From assembly GCF_003334305.1 (NCBI RefSeq), contig NZ_QOWS01000021.1: a DNA stretch of 64,000 bases. The stretch is one strand, 5' to 3'. Position 1 is the first letter of the stretch; every line of letters begins with the position of its first letter. This document shows, one piece after another, positions 22,324 through 33,355 of the stretch. The notes below the pieces were generated by a model. That model was given only the letters and a program-made list of their open reading frames with translations, was not told the DNA's origin and did no database searches. A program made the position numbers and the translations under genes. This stretch comes from Escherichia coli (GTDB lineage: Bacteria; Pseudomonadota; Gammaproteobacteria; Enterobacterales; Enterobacteriaceae).

Positions 22324-22396
22324 CACCATGTCGCAACAACACAACGATACGGCAATCACCTGATTCACCGTTGCGATGACCGCTTAGATCCGCAGC

Positions 22397-22807
22397 TTGA
22401 ATTTCAGCAGGCTCCGGGGAGTGCGAGGGGTGAAGCGGACGCGTGAACGTCGGTGTGACCAGCTGAAATCAACTCAACACTTCATACCTCAGTCGCTTCA
22501 ACGAGGCGGCTTAGTTATGACAACCGGCGGCCATCCACCGCCTGAATACGCGCAGAAGTCTTTATATGTTCAGCAGCCCAGCTTACGGGCAGGAGTTTTT
22601 ATGGTTCATCAACATTACGGAACGCAGACCGTTAATCGCGGTGCGGTCATGCCAGGAATGCTGGTCAAACACAAAGATGGTACCTGGACTGCATCAGCTA
22701 ATTTACGCGGACGGCTTTATCTGCATCGCGGCATCGAGCGCACTTATACCCGTGATTTGCTCGTAGAAGTTTTTCTCGACGGACGCGGTAACGGCCTGAA
22801 TCACTAA
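22397..22807 (+). CDS. Hypothetical protein, first ORF of PL operon (Arg-rich N-terminus; possible N-like or Kil/CIII-region protein)
   Basis: ORF with TTG start; N-terminus ...RLRGVRGVKRTRERR...; no confident homology recalled. Confidence 0.3.
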   Translation: MNFSRLRGVRGVKRTRERRCDQLKSTQHFIPQSLQRGGLVMTTGGHPPPEYAQKSLYVQQPSLRAGVFMVHQHYGTQTVNRGAVMPGMLVKHKDGTWTASANLRGRLYLHRGIERTYTRDLLVEVFLDGRGNGLNH

Positions 22808-22883
22808 CCCCCCTTTCCTGTTTTCCTAATCAGCCTGGCATTTCGCAGGCGATATTTTCACAGCCATTTTCAGGAGTTCAGCC

Positions 22884-23180
22884 ATGAACGCTTATTACAT
22901 TCAGGATCGTCTTGAGGCTCAGAGCTGGGCACGTCACTACCAGCAGATCGCCCGTGAAGAGAAAGAGGCAGAACTGGCAGACGACATGGAAAAAGGTCTT
23001 CCACAGCACCTGTTTGAATCACTCTGTATCGATCATTTGCAACGCTGCGGGGCCAGCAAAAAAGCCATTACCCGTGCGTTTGATGACGATGTTGAGTTTC
23101 AGGAGCGCATGGCAGAACACATCCGGTACATGGTTGAAACCATTGCTCACCACCAGTTTGATATTGATTCAGAGGTATAA
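22884..23180 (+). CDS. gam: Gam (RecBCD inhibitor), short form
   Basis: 98 aa [52 protein letters not shown]...; matches lambda Gam; upstream in-frame sequence also resembles the long-form N-terminus. Confidence 0.92.
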   Translation: MNAYYIQDRLEAQSWARHYQQIAREEKEAELADDMEKGLPQHLFESLCIDHLQRCGASKKAITRAFDDDVEFQERMAEHIRYMVETIAHHQFDIDSEV

Positions 23181-23185
23181 AACGG

Positions 23186-23971
23186 ATGAGTACAGCACTC
23201 GCAACGCTGGCAGGAAAGCTGGCTGAACGTGTCGGCATGGATTCTGTCGACCCACAGGAACTGATCACCACTCTTCGCCAGACGGCATTTAAAGGTGATG
23301 CCAGCGATGCGCAGTTCATCGCATTGTTGATCGTCGCCAACCAGTACGGCCTTAATCCGTGGACGAAAGAAATTTACGCCTTCCCTGATAAGCAGAACGG
23401 CATCGTTCCGGTGGTGGGCGTTGATGGCTGGTCCCGCATCATCAATGAAAACCAGCAGTTTGATGGCATGGACTTTGAGCAGGACAATGAATCCTGTACA
23501 TGCCGGATTTACCGCAAGGACCGTAATCATCCGATCTGCGTTACCGAATGGATGGATGAATGCCGCCGCGAACCATTCAAAACTCGCGAAGGCAGAGAAA
23601 TCACGGGGCCGTGGCAGTCGCATCCCAAACGGATGTTACGGCATAAAGCCATGATTCAGTGTGCCCGTCTGGCCTTCGGATTTGCTGGTATCTATGACAA
23701 TGATGAAGCCGAGCGCATTGTCGAAAATACTGCATACACTGCAGAACGTCAGCCAGAACGCGACATCACTCCGGTTAACGATGAAACCATGCAGGAGATT
23801 AACACTCTGCTGATCGCCCTGGATAAAACATGGGATGACGACTTATTGCCGCTCTGTTCCCAGATATTTCGCCGCGACATTCGCGCATCGTCAGAACTGA
23901 CACAGGCCGAAGCAGTGAAAGCTCTTGGATTCCTGAAACAGAAAGCCACTGAGCAGAAGGTGGCAGCATGA
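23186..23971 (+). CDS. bet: Bet (Red-beta single-strand annealing protein)
   Basis: 261 aa [48 protein letters not shown]...; matches lambda Bet. Confidence 0.93.
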   Translation: MSTALATLAGKLAERVGMDSVDPQELITTLRQTAFKGDASDAQFIALLIVANQYGLNPWTKEIYAFPDKQNGIVPVVGVDGWSRIINENQQFDGMDFEQDNESCTCRIYRKDRNHPICVTEWMDECRREPFKTREGREITGPWQSHPKRMLRHKAMIQCARLAFGFAGIYDNDEAERIVENTAYTAERQPERDITPVNDETMQEINTLLIALDKTWDDDLLPLCSQIFRRDIRASSELTQAEAVKALGFLKQKATEQKVAA

Positions 23972-24648
23972 TACCGGACATTATCCTGCAGCGTACCGGG
24001 ATCGACGTGAGAGCTGTCGAACAGGGGGATGATGCATGGCACAAATTACGGCTCGGCGTCATCACCGCTTCAGAAGTTCACAACGTGATAGCAAAACCCC
24101 GCTCCGGAAAGAAATGGCCTGACATGAAAATGTCCTACTTCCACACCCTGCTTGCCGAGGTTTGCACCGGTGTGGCTCCGGAAGTTAACGCTAAAGCACT
24201 GGCCTGGGGAAAACAGTACGAGAACGACGCCAGAGCCCTGTTTGAGTTTACTTCCGGCGTGAATGTTACTGAATCCCCGATCATCTATCGCGACGAAAGT
24301 ATGCGTACCGCCTGCTCTCCGGATGGTTTATGCAGTGACGGCAACGGCCTTGAACTGAAATGCCCGTTTACCTCCCGGGATTTCATGAAATTCCGGCTCG
24401 GTGGTTTCGAGGCCATAAAGTCGGCTTACATGGCCCAAGTGCAGTACAGCATGTGGGTGACGCGAAAAGATGCCTGGTACTTTGCCAACTATGACCCGCG
24501 CATGAAGCGTGAAGGCCTGCATTATGTCGTGATTGAGCAGGATGAAAAGTACATGGCGAGTTTTGACGAGATGGTGCCGGAGTTCATCGAAAAAATGGAC
24601 GAGGCACTGGCTGAAATTGGTTTTGTATTTGGGGAGCAATGGCGATGA
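23968..24648 (+). CDS. exo: Exo (Red-alpha 5'-3' exonuclease)
   Basis: 226 aa [50 protein letters not shown]...; matches lambda Exo. Confidence 0.93.
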   Translation: MIPDIILQRTGIDVRAVEQGDDAWHKLRLGVITASEVHNVIAKPRSGKKWPDMKMSYFHTLLAEVCTGVAPEVNAKALAWGKQYENDARALFEFTSGVNVTESPIIYRDESMRTACSPDGLCSDGNGLELKCPFTSRDFMKFRLGGFEAIKSAYMAQVQYSMWVTRKDAWYFANYDPRMKREGLHYVVIEQDEKYMASFDEMVPEFIEKMDEALAEIGFVFGEQWR

Positions 24649-24827
24649 AGCATCCTCACGATAATATCCGGGTAGGTGCGATCACTTTCGTCTACTCCGT
24701 TACAAAGCGAGGCTGGGTATTTCCCGGCCTTTCTGTTATCCGAAATCCACTGAAAGCCCAGCGGCTGGCTGAGGAGATAAATAATAAACGAGGGGCTGTA
24801 TGCACAAAGCATCTCCTGTTGAGTTAA
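24639..24827 (+). CDS. Hypothetical small protein (62 aa)
   Basis: ORF in PL operon between exo and xis; no family recognised. Confidence 0.4.
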   Translation: MAMKHPHDNIRVGAITFVYSVTKRGWVFPGLSVIRNPLKAQRLAEEINNKRGAVCTKHLLLS

Positions 24828-24991
24828 GAACGAGCATTGAGATGGCACATAGCCTTGCTCAAATTGGAGTCAGGTTTGTGCCAATACCAGCAGAAACAGA
24901 CGAAGAATTTCATACGTTAGCCACATCCCTTTCACAAAAGCTGGAAATGATGGTGGCGAAAGCAGAAGCAGATGAGAGAGACCCGGTATGA
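24800..24991 (+). CDS. Hypothetical small protein (63 aa)
   Basis: ORF in PL operon; no family recognised. Confidence 0.4.
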   Translation: MHKASPVELRTSIEMAHSLAQIGVRFVPIPAETDEEFHTLATSLSQKLEMMVAKAEADERDPV

Positions 24992-25067
24992 CAGCCACGG
25001 AATGCATTTTTCTGGCAGCGGGCTTCATATTCTGTGTGCTTATGCTTGCCGACATGGGACTTGTTCA

Positions 25068-25289
25068 ATGACACCTCAGCAGGAAAACGCCCTTCGCAGC
25101 ATTGCCCGTCAGGCTAATTCTGAAATCAAAAAAGCCAGACAGCAGTTTCCGGATAAAAACGTCGATGACATTTGCCGTAGCGTACTGAAGAAGCACCGTG
25201 AAACGGTAACGCTGATGGGATTCACACCGACTCATTTAAGCCTGGCGATCGGCATGTTAAACGGCGTCTTTAAGGAACGGTTAACATGA
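25068..25289 (+). CDS. Hypothetical small protein (73 aa)
   Basis: ORF 24972..25289 trimmed to internal ATG (MTPQQENALRSIARQANSEIKKARQQF...). Confidence 0.4.
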   Translation: MTPQQENALRSIARQANSEIKKARQQFPDKNVDDICRSVLKKHRETVTLMGFTPTHLSLAIGMLNGVFKERLT

Positions 25290-25381
25290 AAAGCAAAATC
25301 ATCAGGGAGCTACAGGCTCCTTTTTTATTGTTCGCATTCATCCTCAAGCGTATTAACCAACAATTCAGGGATTAATGGAAG

Positions 25382-25600
25382 ATGGCAGACATCATTGATT
25401 CAGCATCAGAAATCGAAGAATTACAGCGCAATACAGCAATAAAAATGCGTCGTCTGAACTACCAGACTGTATCCGCAACTCATTGTTGTGAGTGTGGCGA
25501 TCCGATAGATGAGCGAAGACGCCTGGCTGTTCAGGGTTGTCGGACTTGTGCAAGTTGCCAGGAGGAGATCGAACTTAAGAACAAACAATGGGGACTGTGA
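25382..25600 (+). CDS. TraR/DksA-family C4 zinc-finger protein
   Basis: 72 aa with CxxC...CxxC (HCCECGDPIDERRRLAVQGCRTCASCQEE). Confidence 0.65.
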   Translation: MADIIDSASEIEELQRNTAIKMRRLNYQTVSATHCCECGDPIDERRRLAVQGCRTCASCQEEIELKNKQWGL

Positions 25601-25647
25601 TGGCCTCAAAGCAGCAAATTTCAACATCGTCCAACTGAGGTGTAAAA

Positions 25648-25926
25648 ATGTTCAGAATCATTTTTCCTAACACCTGGTACGTCGACCACCACGGCACTCC
25701 CTGCAAAATCCTGCGTTCTACCCACAACAAAGTTCACTACATCCGAAAAGGCAGAACATGTATCGCCAGCATGTTCCGCTTTAATCATGACTTTGAACCT
25801 GTGAATAAAGCTGATGCAGATCAGATAGCAGAAGAGATCGAAACGGCAGAACACATTAAGAAGTTACGTGACATGCGTTCAAAAAGCAGAGGTAACCATG
25901 GAATCATACAGCCTCACACTCGATGA
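25648..25926 (+). CDS. Hypothetical protein (92 aa)
   Basis: ORF upstream of xis-like gene; no family recognised. Confidence 0.4.
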   Translation: MFRIIFPNTWYVDHHGTPCKILRSTHNKVHYIRKGRTCIASMFRFNHDFEPVNKADADQIAEEIETAEHIKKLRDMRSKSRGNHGIIQPHTR

Positions 25927-26269
25927 GGCCTGTCAGTTTCTTAAGATATCCAGACCAACCGCCACCAACTGGATACGAACAGGCCGCCTACAGGCAACAC
26001 GTAAAGATCCAACCAAGCCAAAATCTCCTTACCTCACAACACGGCAAGCCTGCATTGCGGCGCTTCAGTCTCCGCTGCATACTGTCCAGGTGAGCGCGGG
26101 TGATGGCATAACAGAGGAAAGAAAATGTCACTCTTCCGCAGAAATGAAATATGGTATGCCTCGTATTCGCTCCCGGGCGGGAAACGAATTAAGGAATCTC
26201 TTGGCACAAAGGACAAGCGGCAAGCTCAGGAGTTGCACGACAAGCGAAAAGCAGAACTCTGGCGAGTAG
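25898..26269 (+). CDS. Excisionase-like protein (Xis/AlpA-type HTH); reading frame continues into int
   Basis: [38 protein letters not shown]... directly upstream of int; unusually long overlap with int (about 145 nt), so 3' end uncertain. Confidence 0.45.
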   Translation: MESYSLTLDEACQFLKISRPTATNWIRTGRLQATRKDPTKPKSPYLTTRQACIAALQSPLHTVQVSAGDGITEERKCHSSAEMKYGMPRIRSRAGNELRNLLAQRTSGKLRSCTTSEKQNSGE

Positions 26270-27288
26270 AAAAGCTAGGGGATTTACCTGATGTCACTTT
26301 TGAAGAGGCCTGCCTAAGATGGCTTGAGGAAAAAGCTGATAAAAAATCTCTCGATTCAGATAAAAGCCGGATTGAGTTCTGGCTTGAACATTTTGAGGGT
26401 ATAAGGCTTAAAGATATCTCGGAGGCAAAGATTTACTCTGCTGTAAGCAGAATGCATAACAGAAAGACGAAAGAAATATGGAAACAGAAAGTTCAGGCCG
26501 CCATCAGGAAAGGTAAAGAACTGCCTGTTTATGAACCAAAGCCAGTATCAACTCAGACAAAGGCAAAGCATCTTGCCATGATAAAGGCCATTCTCCGTGC
26601 TGCAGAACGCGACTGGAAGTGGCTGGAAAAAGCGCCTGTCATCAAGATACCAGCGGTCAGAAACAAGCGAGTCAGATGGCTGGAAAAGGAGGAAGCAAAA
26701 CGCCTTATTGATGAGTGCCCCGAACCACTGAAATCTGTCGTCAAGTTTGCGCTGGCAACTGGTCTGAGAAAGTCGAACATCATAAATCTGGAATGGCAAC
26801 AAATCGACATGCAGCGACGAGTTGCCTGGGTGAATCCAGAAGAGAGCAAATCAAACCGCGCCATTGGTGTGGCGCTGAACGATACCGCCTGTAAAGTGTT
26901 GCGTGATCAAATAGGCAAGCATCACAAATGGGTGTTTGTACATACCAAGGCGGCTAAGCGAGCAGATGGAACATCAACGCCTGCGGTCAGGAAGATGCGC
27001 ATCGACAGCAAGACATCATGGCTATCAGCTTGTCGTCGTGCAGGAATTGAAGATTTCCGTTTCCATGACCTCAGACACACCTGGGCAAGCTGGCTGATTC
27101 AGTCAGGCGTCCCATTATCAGTGCTTCAGGAAATGGGCGGATGGGAGTCCATAGAAATGGTTCGTAGGTATGCTCACCTTGCGCCTAATCATTTGACAGA
27201 GCATGCGAGGAAAATAGACGACATTTTTGGTGATAATGTCCCAAATATGTCCCACTCTGGAATTATGGAGGATATAAAGAAGGCGTAA
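26125..27288 (+). CDS. intD: Tyrosine integrase (IntD/DLP12 type)
   Basis: 387 aa [38 protein letters not shown]... with C-terminal ...[16 protein letters not shown]...RRYAHL catalytic motifs; adjacent to tRNA-Arg. Confidence 0.92.
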   Translation: MSLFRRNEIWYASYSLPGGKRIKESLGTKDKRQAQELHDKRKAELWRVEKLGDLPDVTFEEACLRWLEEKADKKSLDSDKSRIEFWLEHFEGIRLKDISEAKIYSAVSRMHNRKTKEIWKQKVQAAIRKGKELPVYEPKPVSTQTKAKHLAMIKAILRAAERDWKWLEKAPVIKIPAVRNKRVRWLEKEEAKRLIDECPEPLKSVVKFALATGLRKSNIINLEWQQIDMQRRVAWVNPEESKSNRAIGVALNDTACKVLRDQIGKHHKWVFVHTKAAKRADGTSTPAVRKMRIDSKTSWLSACRRAGIEDFRFHDLRHTWASWLIQSGVPLSVLQEMGGWESIEMVRRYAHLAPNHLTEHARKIDDIFGDNVPNMSHSGIMEDIKKA

Positions 27289-27303
27289 CTGATTGAATTG
27301 TAA

Positions 27304-27380
27304 TGGCGCGCCCTGCAGGATTCGAACCTGCGGCCCACGACTTAGAAGGTCGTTGCTCTATCCAACTGAGCTAAGGGCGC
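27304..27380 (-). tRNA. argU: tRNA-Arg (anticodon UCU), argU
   Basis: Reverse complement GCGCCCTTAGCTCAGTTGGATAGAGCAACGACCTTCTAAGTCGTGGGCCGCAGGTTCGAATCCTGCAGGGCGCGCCA; cloverleaf-compatible, ends CCA. Confidence 0.93.
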
Positions 27381-27622
27381 GTTGATACCGCAATGCGGTG
27401 TAATCGCGTGAATTATACGGTCAACCCTTGCTGAGTCAATGGCTTTTGATCTGGTTGCTGAACAAGTGAACGACCGCGTCTGATTTTCTGATTTATTTCG
27501 CTATAGCGGCAAACAAACACACACCGCTGCGCGTCTGAATCAAGAAAACCCGTATTTTCATGTATCAAAGTACAATTTACCGCCCTAACGGAAAATTGTC
27601 CGCTCCTATGAGACTGGTAACT

Positions 27623-28255
27623 ATGAAACCAACGTCGGTGATCATTATGGATACTCATCCTATCATCAGAATGTCTATTGAAGTTCTGTTGCAAAAAAAC
27701 AGTGAATTGCAGATTGTCCTGAAAACGGATGATTACCGCATAACCATCGATTATCTCCGAACCCGTCCTGTTGATTTAATCATTATGGATATAGACTTGC
27801 CCGGAACAGACGGTTTTACCTTCCTGAAAAGGATCAAACAAATCCAGAGCACAGTGAAAGTGTTATTTTTATCATCGAAATCAGAATGCTTTTATGCTGG
27901 CAGAGCGATACAAGCTGGTGCTAACGGTTTTGTCAGTAAATGCAATGATCAGAATGATATTTTTCATGCCGTTCAGATGATCCTCTCCGGATACACGTTT
28001 TTTCCCAGCGAAACGCTTAACTATATAAAAAGCAATAAATGTAGTACGAATAGTTCAACGGTCACTGTACTATCTAATCGTGAAGTGACCATATTACGTT
28101 ATCTGGTTAGCGGATTATCTAATAAAGAAATTGCCGATAAGTTATTACTTAGCAATAAAACAGTTAGTGCGCATAAATCTAATATTTATGGCAAGCTAGG
28201 TTTGCATTCAATTGTAGAACTTATCGACTACGCCAAATTATACGAATTAATATAA
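27623..28255 (+). CDS. fimZ: Fimbrial response regulator FimZ (LuxR-type)
   Basis: ORF 27560..28255 trimmed to MKPTSVIIMDTHPIIRMSIEVLLQKNSEL...; 210 aa. Confidence 0.9.
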   Translation: MKPTSVIIMDTHPIIRMSIEVLLQKNSELQIVLKTDDYRITIDYLRTRPVDLIIMDIDLPGTDGFTFLKRIKQIQSTVKVLFLSSKSECFYAGRAIQAGANGFVSKCNDQNDIFHAVQMILSGYTFFPSETLNYIKSNKCSTNSSTVTVLSNREVTILRYLVSGLSNKEIADKLLLSNKTVSAHKSNIYGKLGLHSIVELIDYAKLYELI

Positions 28256-28257
28256 TA

Positions 28258-28773
28258 TTAATTATAATTGATCATAAATATCGCATCCGCTTTCGCCACA
28301 CCTGGCCGAACACCGCTGGCTAACGCTCGATAATTGGCAAAAAAGTTTAGTGTGACATTGCCATTTGCATCTACTTCCTCAGTCGGGCTCGCCGCTCCCA
28401 GTGCGAGCCGGGAGCGATCGCTATTACGTAATTCGATGGCGATGGTTTGCGCCATTGCGGGATCATCCAGAGCCAGCAGGTTGGTATCGGATGCCGGCGT
28501 TCCCGTAAATAAAATCGCAACTGAACCCGGAGGACATCCCTCCAGCCGCAGGCTAAAAGGGACGAGTGCCGTGGTATCGCCAGCGTTCAGTAATTGTGTC
28601 GTAGGCCATCTGCCTAAATCTACCGTCTTATCAATATCCGCAGTGTTTACGGTACAGGAGAAATCAACAACGTTACCGTGCAAATTGATATTAATCGTTC
28701 CCAAAGGGTCAGCTACCCATCCACTGGAAATCCACAGTAACCCGCAGAAACAGCTAAAGAGTGCTCTTCTCAT
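28258..28773 (-). CDS. sfmF: Fimbrial-like protein SfmF
   Basis: ORF 28258..28968 trimmed to MRRALFSCFCGLLWISSGWVADPLG...; 171 aa. Confidence 0.85.
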   Translation of the reverse strand: MRRALFSCFCGLLWISSGWVADPLGTININLHGNVVDFSCTVNTADIDKTVDLGRWPTTQLLNAGDTTALVPFSLRLEGCPPGSVAILFTGTPASDTNLLALDDPAMAQTIAIELRNSDRSRLALGAASPTEEVDANGNVTLNFFANYRALASGVRPGVAKADAIFMINYN

Positions 28774-28783
28774 TCTCCGTACC

Positions 28784-29791
28784 TCATTGATAATCGACGC
28801 GTAAATACCCCAGCGCGCTAAACGGCCCTTCGGTCGGTTTTTGACCGGTAATACTGATAGGCCAGGCGCGAAGTGTGACATTGGCTGCCGCAGCTGCATC
28901 CAGACGGAAAGGAATAACGCTATTGAGATCGTTAGGCGTGATCGGCGTATCGTTCTGATCGGCGACAATAAAACCTAAATCCTGATTGTCCGACACCATC
29001 GCCTGACCAGAAACGGCACTGGCTTCCAGACGCATTGTTAAATAAGCCTGCGCAGCAACATTCGTACATTTGACCGCAATGCTCTTGGTTTGCGGCATGA
29101 CACCAGCAGGTCGATTACCCGGCCCTGCCGCACTAAATAACGATGCGCCGATATCACCAAAATCAAATTCAACAATCTGCCCGGCATTTAATTCGCAGTT
29201 TTGCGGTACTTCAACCCGGCCACCAAAACTAATGGTATAAACAGGTGTAACCAACGGATCGTAAGGCGTTGATGTCACATACACGGTAAACATCACCTGT
29301 CTGGGGATCTCCACCATGTTAATAAAGGGACGAATAACCTTTAAACGAAATATTAAACGAGAATCCATCACCCCGAATGGAAGGTTTTGTGAAACGTTAG
29401 GATCTGTTCCCATCCGAATATAATTTTGCGGGGGGAACTGAATATCCATCACACTATCAACCAGACTCACCGCACCTAATAGATAATCATTTAATTGCAT
29501 ATATTTATAATTATCGATAGTTTCCTGAACAATAAAGTTGGTGACATAACTACGGTATGTATAATTCACCAGCGTGCCGGGTGGACAAATTGCTGACACA
29601 CCTACCCAGCCGGATTTTTCCGGTAAAACAACAATCTGCCCTGGCTGGTTATTGGTGCTATTAAAGATATTTGAGAGATCATAGTGTTCATCTTCTGCTA
29701 CGCCAGTACTATTTGCACAAACAGTAGCCCAGGATATGTTTGCCAGACACAAACATTCCATCGCCAATAATAATCTGCAGATTATCTTCAT
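28784..29791 (-). CDS. sfmH: Fimbrial adhesin-like protein SfmH
   Basis: 335 aa ORF with signal peptide; position in sfm operon. Confidence 0.85.
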   Translation of the reverse strand: MKIICRLLLAMECLCLANISWATVCANSTGVAEDEHYDLSNIFNSTNNQPGQIVVLPEKSGWVGVSAICPPGTLVNYTYRSYVTNFIVQETIDNYKYMQLNDYLLGAVSLVDSVMDIQFPPQNYIRMGTDPNVSQNLPFGVMDSRLIFRLKVIRPFINMVEIPRQVMFTVYVTSTPYDPLVTPVYTISFGGRVEVPQNCELNAGQIVEFDFGDIGASLFSAAGPGNRPAGVMPQTKSIAVKCTNVAAQAYLTMRLEASAVSGQAMVSDNQDLGFIVADQNDTPITPNDLNSVIPFRLDAAAAANVTLRAWPISITGQKPTEGPFSALGYLRVDYQ

Positions 29792-29803
29792 TGATAATTT
29801 CCT

Positions 29804-32413
29804 TTATGAGCCAGGATGTGTGCAAACTGCCGAAATAACAGTGACGGCTTGCTGTAAGCTTTGCTTCGGCAATACATAGTGCGCAATGCAGCGTGAGTTC
29901 GCGCCGTCTCCCCACTGAACCAGTAATTCACCAGACAATGGCGCACCACTTAAATAAACTTGCCCGTCATCACCCACCATACTGGTTATTCCGGTACTGT
30001 TTTCCCGTACCAGTGATCCAAACGGCACCGGTTTTCCGCCCTGGGTAACGGTAATGAGCGCCCGCACGCCTATGCGGGTATCAAAATTGGCACGAACCAA
30101 CGCGCCTTGCGTCGGCACAACGCTGCTAATATTTTTTTCAACATCGATGGAATTCCCCATCGTATTGGTATCAAGCGCGATACGGTTATACCGATAAACC
30201 GTGGCATACGGCATCACCGCATAGCCGCGCCAGTCGGTTAAAATGCCAGTTTGATTTTCAATGCGTACACCGCCTGCGCCAGGCGCTTTAATCAAAACAT
30301 TGGTATCCCCTAAAGGCTGGCTCAGCGTTATGCCATTTTCGTGCCCGACCACACCGCCAGACAGCTGCCAGTTAACGTCATGTTGATCGCGGTCGTAGTT
30401 ATACCCGACCCCCAGCGTACCGTAAGTGGCCTGCCAGTTTGCCGTGGCGCTGCCCGTATACCCATTATTCGAGGTATCACCCTGGCTTACGTGATAACTC
30501 AGGTTGTGGCCTTCCAGTAAGGTCCCACCTACACCTGCCAGCCAGCTATTTTGCCCGTTGCTGTTACGGTTGGCGTTAAAGGAGGCATAAGCGCGGTCGA
30601 GCGCATTTTCCCGGGTGTAGCGACGTTTGGTCAGAACATTGAAAGGCACTGAAACATTAAGTCCGACAATACGTTCGTTATCGGGGATCCCTACAGATTC
30701 ATTCCACGAAAATGAGAGTGAATAACTGATACCAACCCAGCTGCTGGTATACCCCACCTGATACCAGGTATCTGAATCCGAAGTATTCCAGTATTTTTGA
30801 TGGGTACCAGAGATATAAAGCGAGCCAAAGTCATTAAGTGATTGTGAAATATTTAACTGCAAACGGTCTTTACGGCTAAAGCGTAAATTGTGGTAATTCA
30901 CGATTATCGGTTCATCCCGATGCTCACCGTCGTAATCGTAATCATATTCGTACCCCTCCATTCGACGATACGCAACATCATCAAGGGTATAAAAACCTTG
31001 TGTCGAATAGCGGTAACCCATTAACTGAAAATTGGTGCCGAAGGTGTTCATCGATTTCGCATAGAGGAAGCGAATGGAATCCCCCTCATGACGACTGTCG
31101 TCGGCTAACTGACTGCGCGCATGGGTCACATCCAGCGACACTGCCCCCCAGTTTCCGAGATTGCGCCCCAGTCCTAATAAAAAGGCGGTGTAATTGGCAG
31201 ATAATTGCGTCCCGCCGTAGGCAGTAAATTCCTGTGGTAAACCGCCGAGTGCCGTGCCCTGAAAAAAGAAAGGTGATGATTGCTGACTATTACCGCTACG
31301 AAAATCGCCCGCCTTCAGGTCAAATTTGAAACGCCCTTCGCGTTGTAAAATCGGCACTGTTGAATACGGAATTGTGTAATTCTGCTGATTGCCATCGCGC
31401 TCGTCGATGGTGACATCCAGATCGCCATTTGAAGATGTCGGGTGCAAATCTGTAATTTCAAAAGCGCCGGGGGAAACATAGCTTTGATAGATAATCAAAC
31501 CATTTTGCCGAATCGTTAGCTGGGCCGCCGTACGGGCAATCCCACGTACCGTTGGGGCAAACCCTTGCTGGCTATCAGGATACATATTATCGGAAGAGTA
31601 AAGCCGTATACCACGAAATCCAACACCATCGAAAATATCACTTCCTGTATTGCCGTCTCCCATTACCAGTTCACTTTTCAGCGGAATAATGGCGCGCTGT
31701 ACCCAGGTGCCAATATTATTCCACTGCTCTGAATGATATCCATTTCCGCGAAAATAGTTCCAGGAACCATTGTTGCGTAAACGCCACGGGCCAATATTAA
31801 TCCCGCTGAGCTCACTAAAAAAATAGCTATCGTTACCATTACCTCTGTTACCGGTGAAATTATAATTCAGGAGTAAAGCAGGAATACCTTCATCCCACTC
31901 TTCAGGCGGAATGTAACCGTGAGCGCTACTCAACAACGCTATCTGAGGAATAGTGATGTTCAGGCGCATCGCTGCAAAATCAAAGTTAATTGTGGCATCA
32001 GGTACAGCTTTCAGTAAATTGATGCATTTATTGTTTTGCTGCTGGGCTAACTCGGGAAATGCACTGCTATTAAGGCCAATTCGTTCAAGGAGTACCTGGT
32101 TAAAACAGGGCATTAACCCACCTGATTTATCACCTGTATTTTCTGTTGTCGATTCAAATACGATATCCTGTGAACCAATGAACTCATCATTACGCCAGAG
32201 ATCCACCCGATACACGCCCGCAGGTTGATGATTACCTCTCTCAAAGCGCGATAAATCAGCAACGGATGTGCCATTCTCTAATAAAAATGCCGGGTTGAAA
32301 TAACTTTCCGCATAGCTTAAAAAGGAGGGTAAAATGGCAAGAGATGAATAACAAATTCCGGCCAGACACCAGGTATACCTCTGCGGAATATCCGTAGTAG
32401 TGGGTATTTTCAT
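29804..32413 (-). CDS. sfmD: Fimbrial outer-membrane usher SfmD
   Basis: 869 aa ORF; usher-sized, position in sfm operon. Confidence 0.9.
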   Translation of the reverse strand: MKIPTTTDIPQRYTWCLAGICYSSLAILPSFLSYAESYFNPAFLLENGTSVADLSRFERGNHQPAGVYRVDLWRNDEFIGSQDIVFESTTENTGDKSGGLMPCFNQVLLERIGLNSSAFPELAQQQNNKCINLLKAVPDATINFDFAAMRLNITIPQIALLSSAHGYIPPEEWDEGIPALLLNYNFTGNRGNGNDSYFFSELSGINIGPWRLRNNGSWNYFRGNGYHSEQWNNIGTWVQRAIIPLKSELVMGDGNTGSDIFDGVGFRGIRLYSSDNMYPDSQQGFAPTVRGIARTAAQLTIRQNGLIIYQSYVSPGAFEITDLHPTSSNGDLDVTIDERDGNQQNYTIPYSTVPILQREGRFKFDLKAGDFRSGNSQQSSPFFFQGTALGGLPQEFTAYGGTQLSANYTAFLLGLGRNLGNWGAVSLDVTHARSQLADDSRHEGDSIRFLYAKSMNTFGTNFQLMGYRYSTQGFYTLDDVAYRRMEGYEYDYDYDGEHRDEPIIVNYHNLRFSRKDRLQLNISQSLNDFGSLYISGTHQKYWNTSDSDTWYQVGYTSSWVGISYSLSFSWNESVGIPDNERIVGLNVSVPFNVLTKRRYTRENALDRAYASFNANRNSNGQNSWLAGVGGTLLEGHNLSYHVSQGDTSNNGYTGSATANWQATYGTLGVGYNYDRDQHDVNWQLSGGVVGHENGITLSQPLGDTNVLIKAPGAGGVRIENQTGILTDWRGYAVMPYATVYRYNRIALDTNTMGNSIDVEKNISSVVPTQGALVRANFDTRIGVRALITVTQGGKPVPFGSLVRENSTGITSMVGDDGQVYLSGAPLSGELLVQWGDGANSRCIAHYVLPKQSLQQAVTVISAVCTHPGS

Positions 32414-32443
32414 AATTAGCTCTGATATTGTCAGATGATTCGG

Positions 32444-33136
32444 TTAGTTTAAGTTCACTTCTCTGACCGGGGTTACTGAACCATAATCATTAACGGTCTG
32501 AAATTTCAGCTTTCCCTGCACTCCTGAGGGTAAGGGAATTTGTGAACTAACTCTGGGTGCCGCCATAGCATTCCCCAACTTTTGGCTGCCCACTTGCAGG
32601 TTAACGAGGGTGACATAAAAAGGTGATGGATTATGAACATTGATATAGTTACCGGATCGCGAAAACTTGAGTGTGTCCGGCGCTTCTGCGGGTAATTCTT
32701 GTAATTGAATTGGACGGAGAAATAATTTCATGCGCGATAAAATCGCCAGTTGCAAAACATTCCTGCCGTTCAATGCATTTTTATCTACCGAAGGGATCGT
32801 CTTAACATTCATCCAGAACAGAGACTCACGATCTGCTGCCAGCGGTGGACCGGTGTAAATAATACGCAAAGTATTTTCGCTTTTGGGTTCACTAACAAAC
32901 AGTGGCGGTGTAATGATGAATGACTTTTCTTTTACACCGCTGCTGTTTTCAATCCACGAATTGACCAGAAAACGCTCATTGGTATGGCTATTTCTAATCC
33001 ATACCGCAGTCTGTTTAGCATCAGCGGGATAAATAATACGCGTGGCACCTAATGCGATCCCTCCGGCAGCATGGGCGCTGGCCGAAATGATTAAAAAAAA
33101 TATAATGAGCATCAATAACTTTATTTTAGTCATCAT
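32444..33136 (-). CDS. sfmC: Fimbrial periplasmic chaperone SfmC
   Basis: 230 aa with signal peptide; PapD-like. Confidence 0.9.
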   Translation of the reverse strand: MMTKIKLLMLIIFFLIISASAHAAGGIALGATRIIYPADAKQTAVWIRNSHTNERFLVNSWIENSSGVKEKSFIITPPLFVSEPKSENTLRIIYTGPPLAADRESLFWMNVKTIPSVDKNALNGRNVLQLAILSRMKLFLRPIQLQELPAEAPDTLKFSRSGNYINVHNPSPFYVTLVNLQVGSQKLGNAMAAPRVSSQIPLPSGVQGKLKFQTVNDYGSVTPVREVNLN

Positions 33137-33355
33137 AGTTAATACGCCTTGTGTATTCCTGACGGCAAAAATAAGAAATATAAAGAAATGATTGCTTTGG
33201 TTTCTTACAACACATCATTCCCTTTTCATTTAATAAAGCGGCATGATACAAAGTGAACATGATTTCGATTTACATTGCCACCATACCGCTTCAGACAACC
33301 GGCACATTACTTTGTTATAAGACGTGATATATAATTCAAAACAACGTGGTTTTGA

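Noticed and set aside
22138-22446. 102-aa ORF spanning the OL/PL region
   Set aside because: Covers the operator-promoter repeats and starts inside the upstream terminator; more parsimonious as regulatory DNA
24988-25071. 27-codon hydrophobic mini-ORF (MTATECIFLAAGFIFCVLMLADMGLVQ) in the PL operon
   Set aside because: Too short to support without expression or conservation data; noted only as a possible small membrane peptide
28774-28968. N-terminal extension of sfmF from the longest ORF (to 28968)
   Set aside because: Would overlap sfmH by about 185 nt; internal Met at 28773 gives a signal-peptide-like start and the expected 171-aa SfmF
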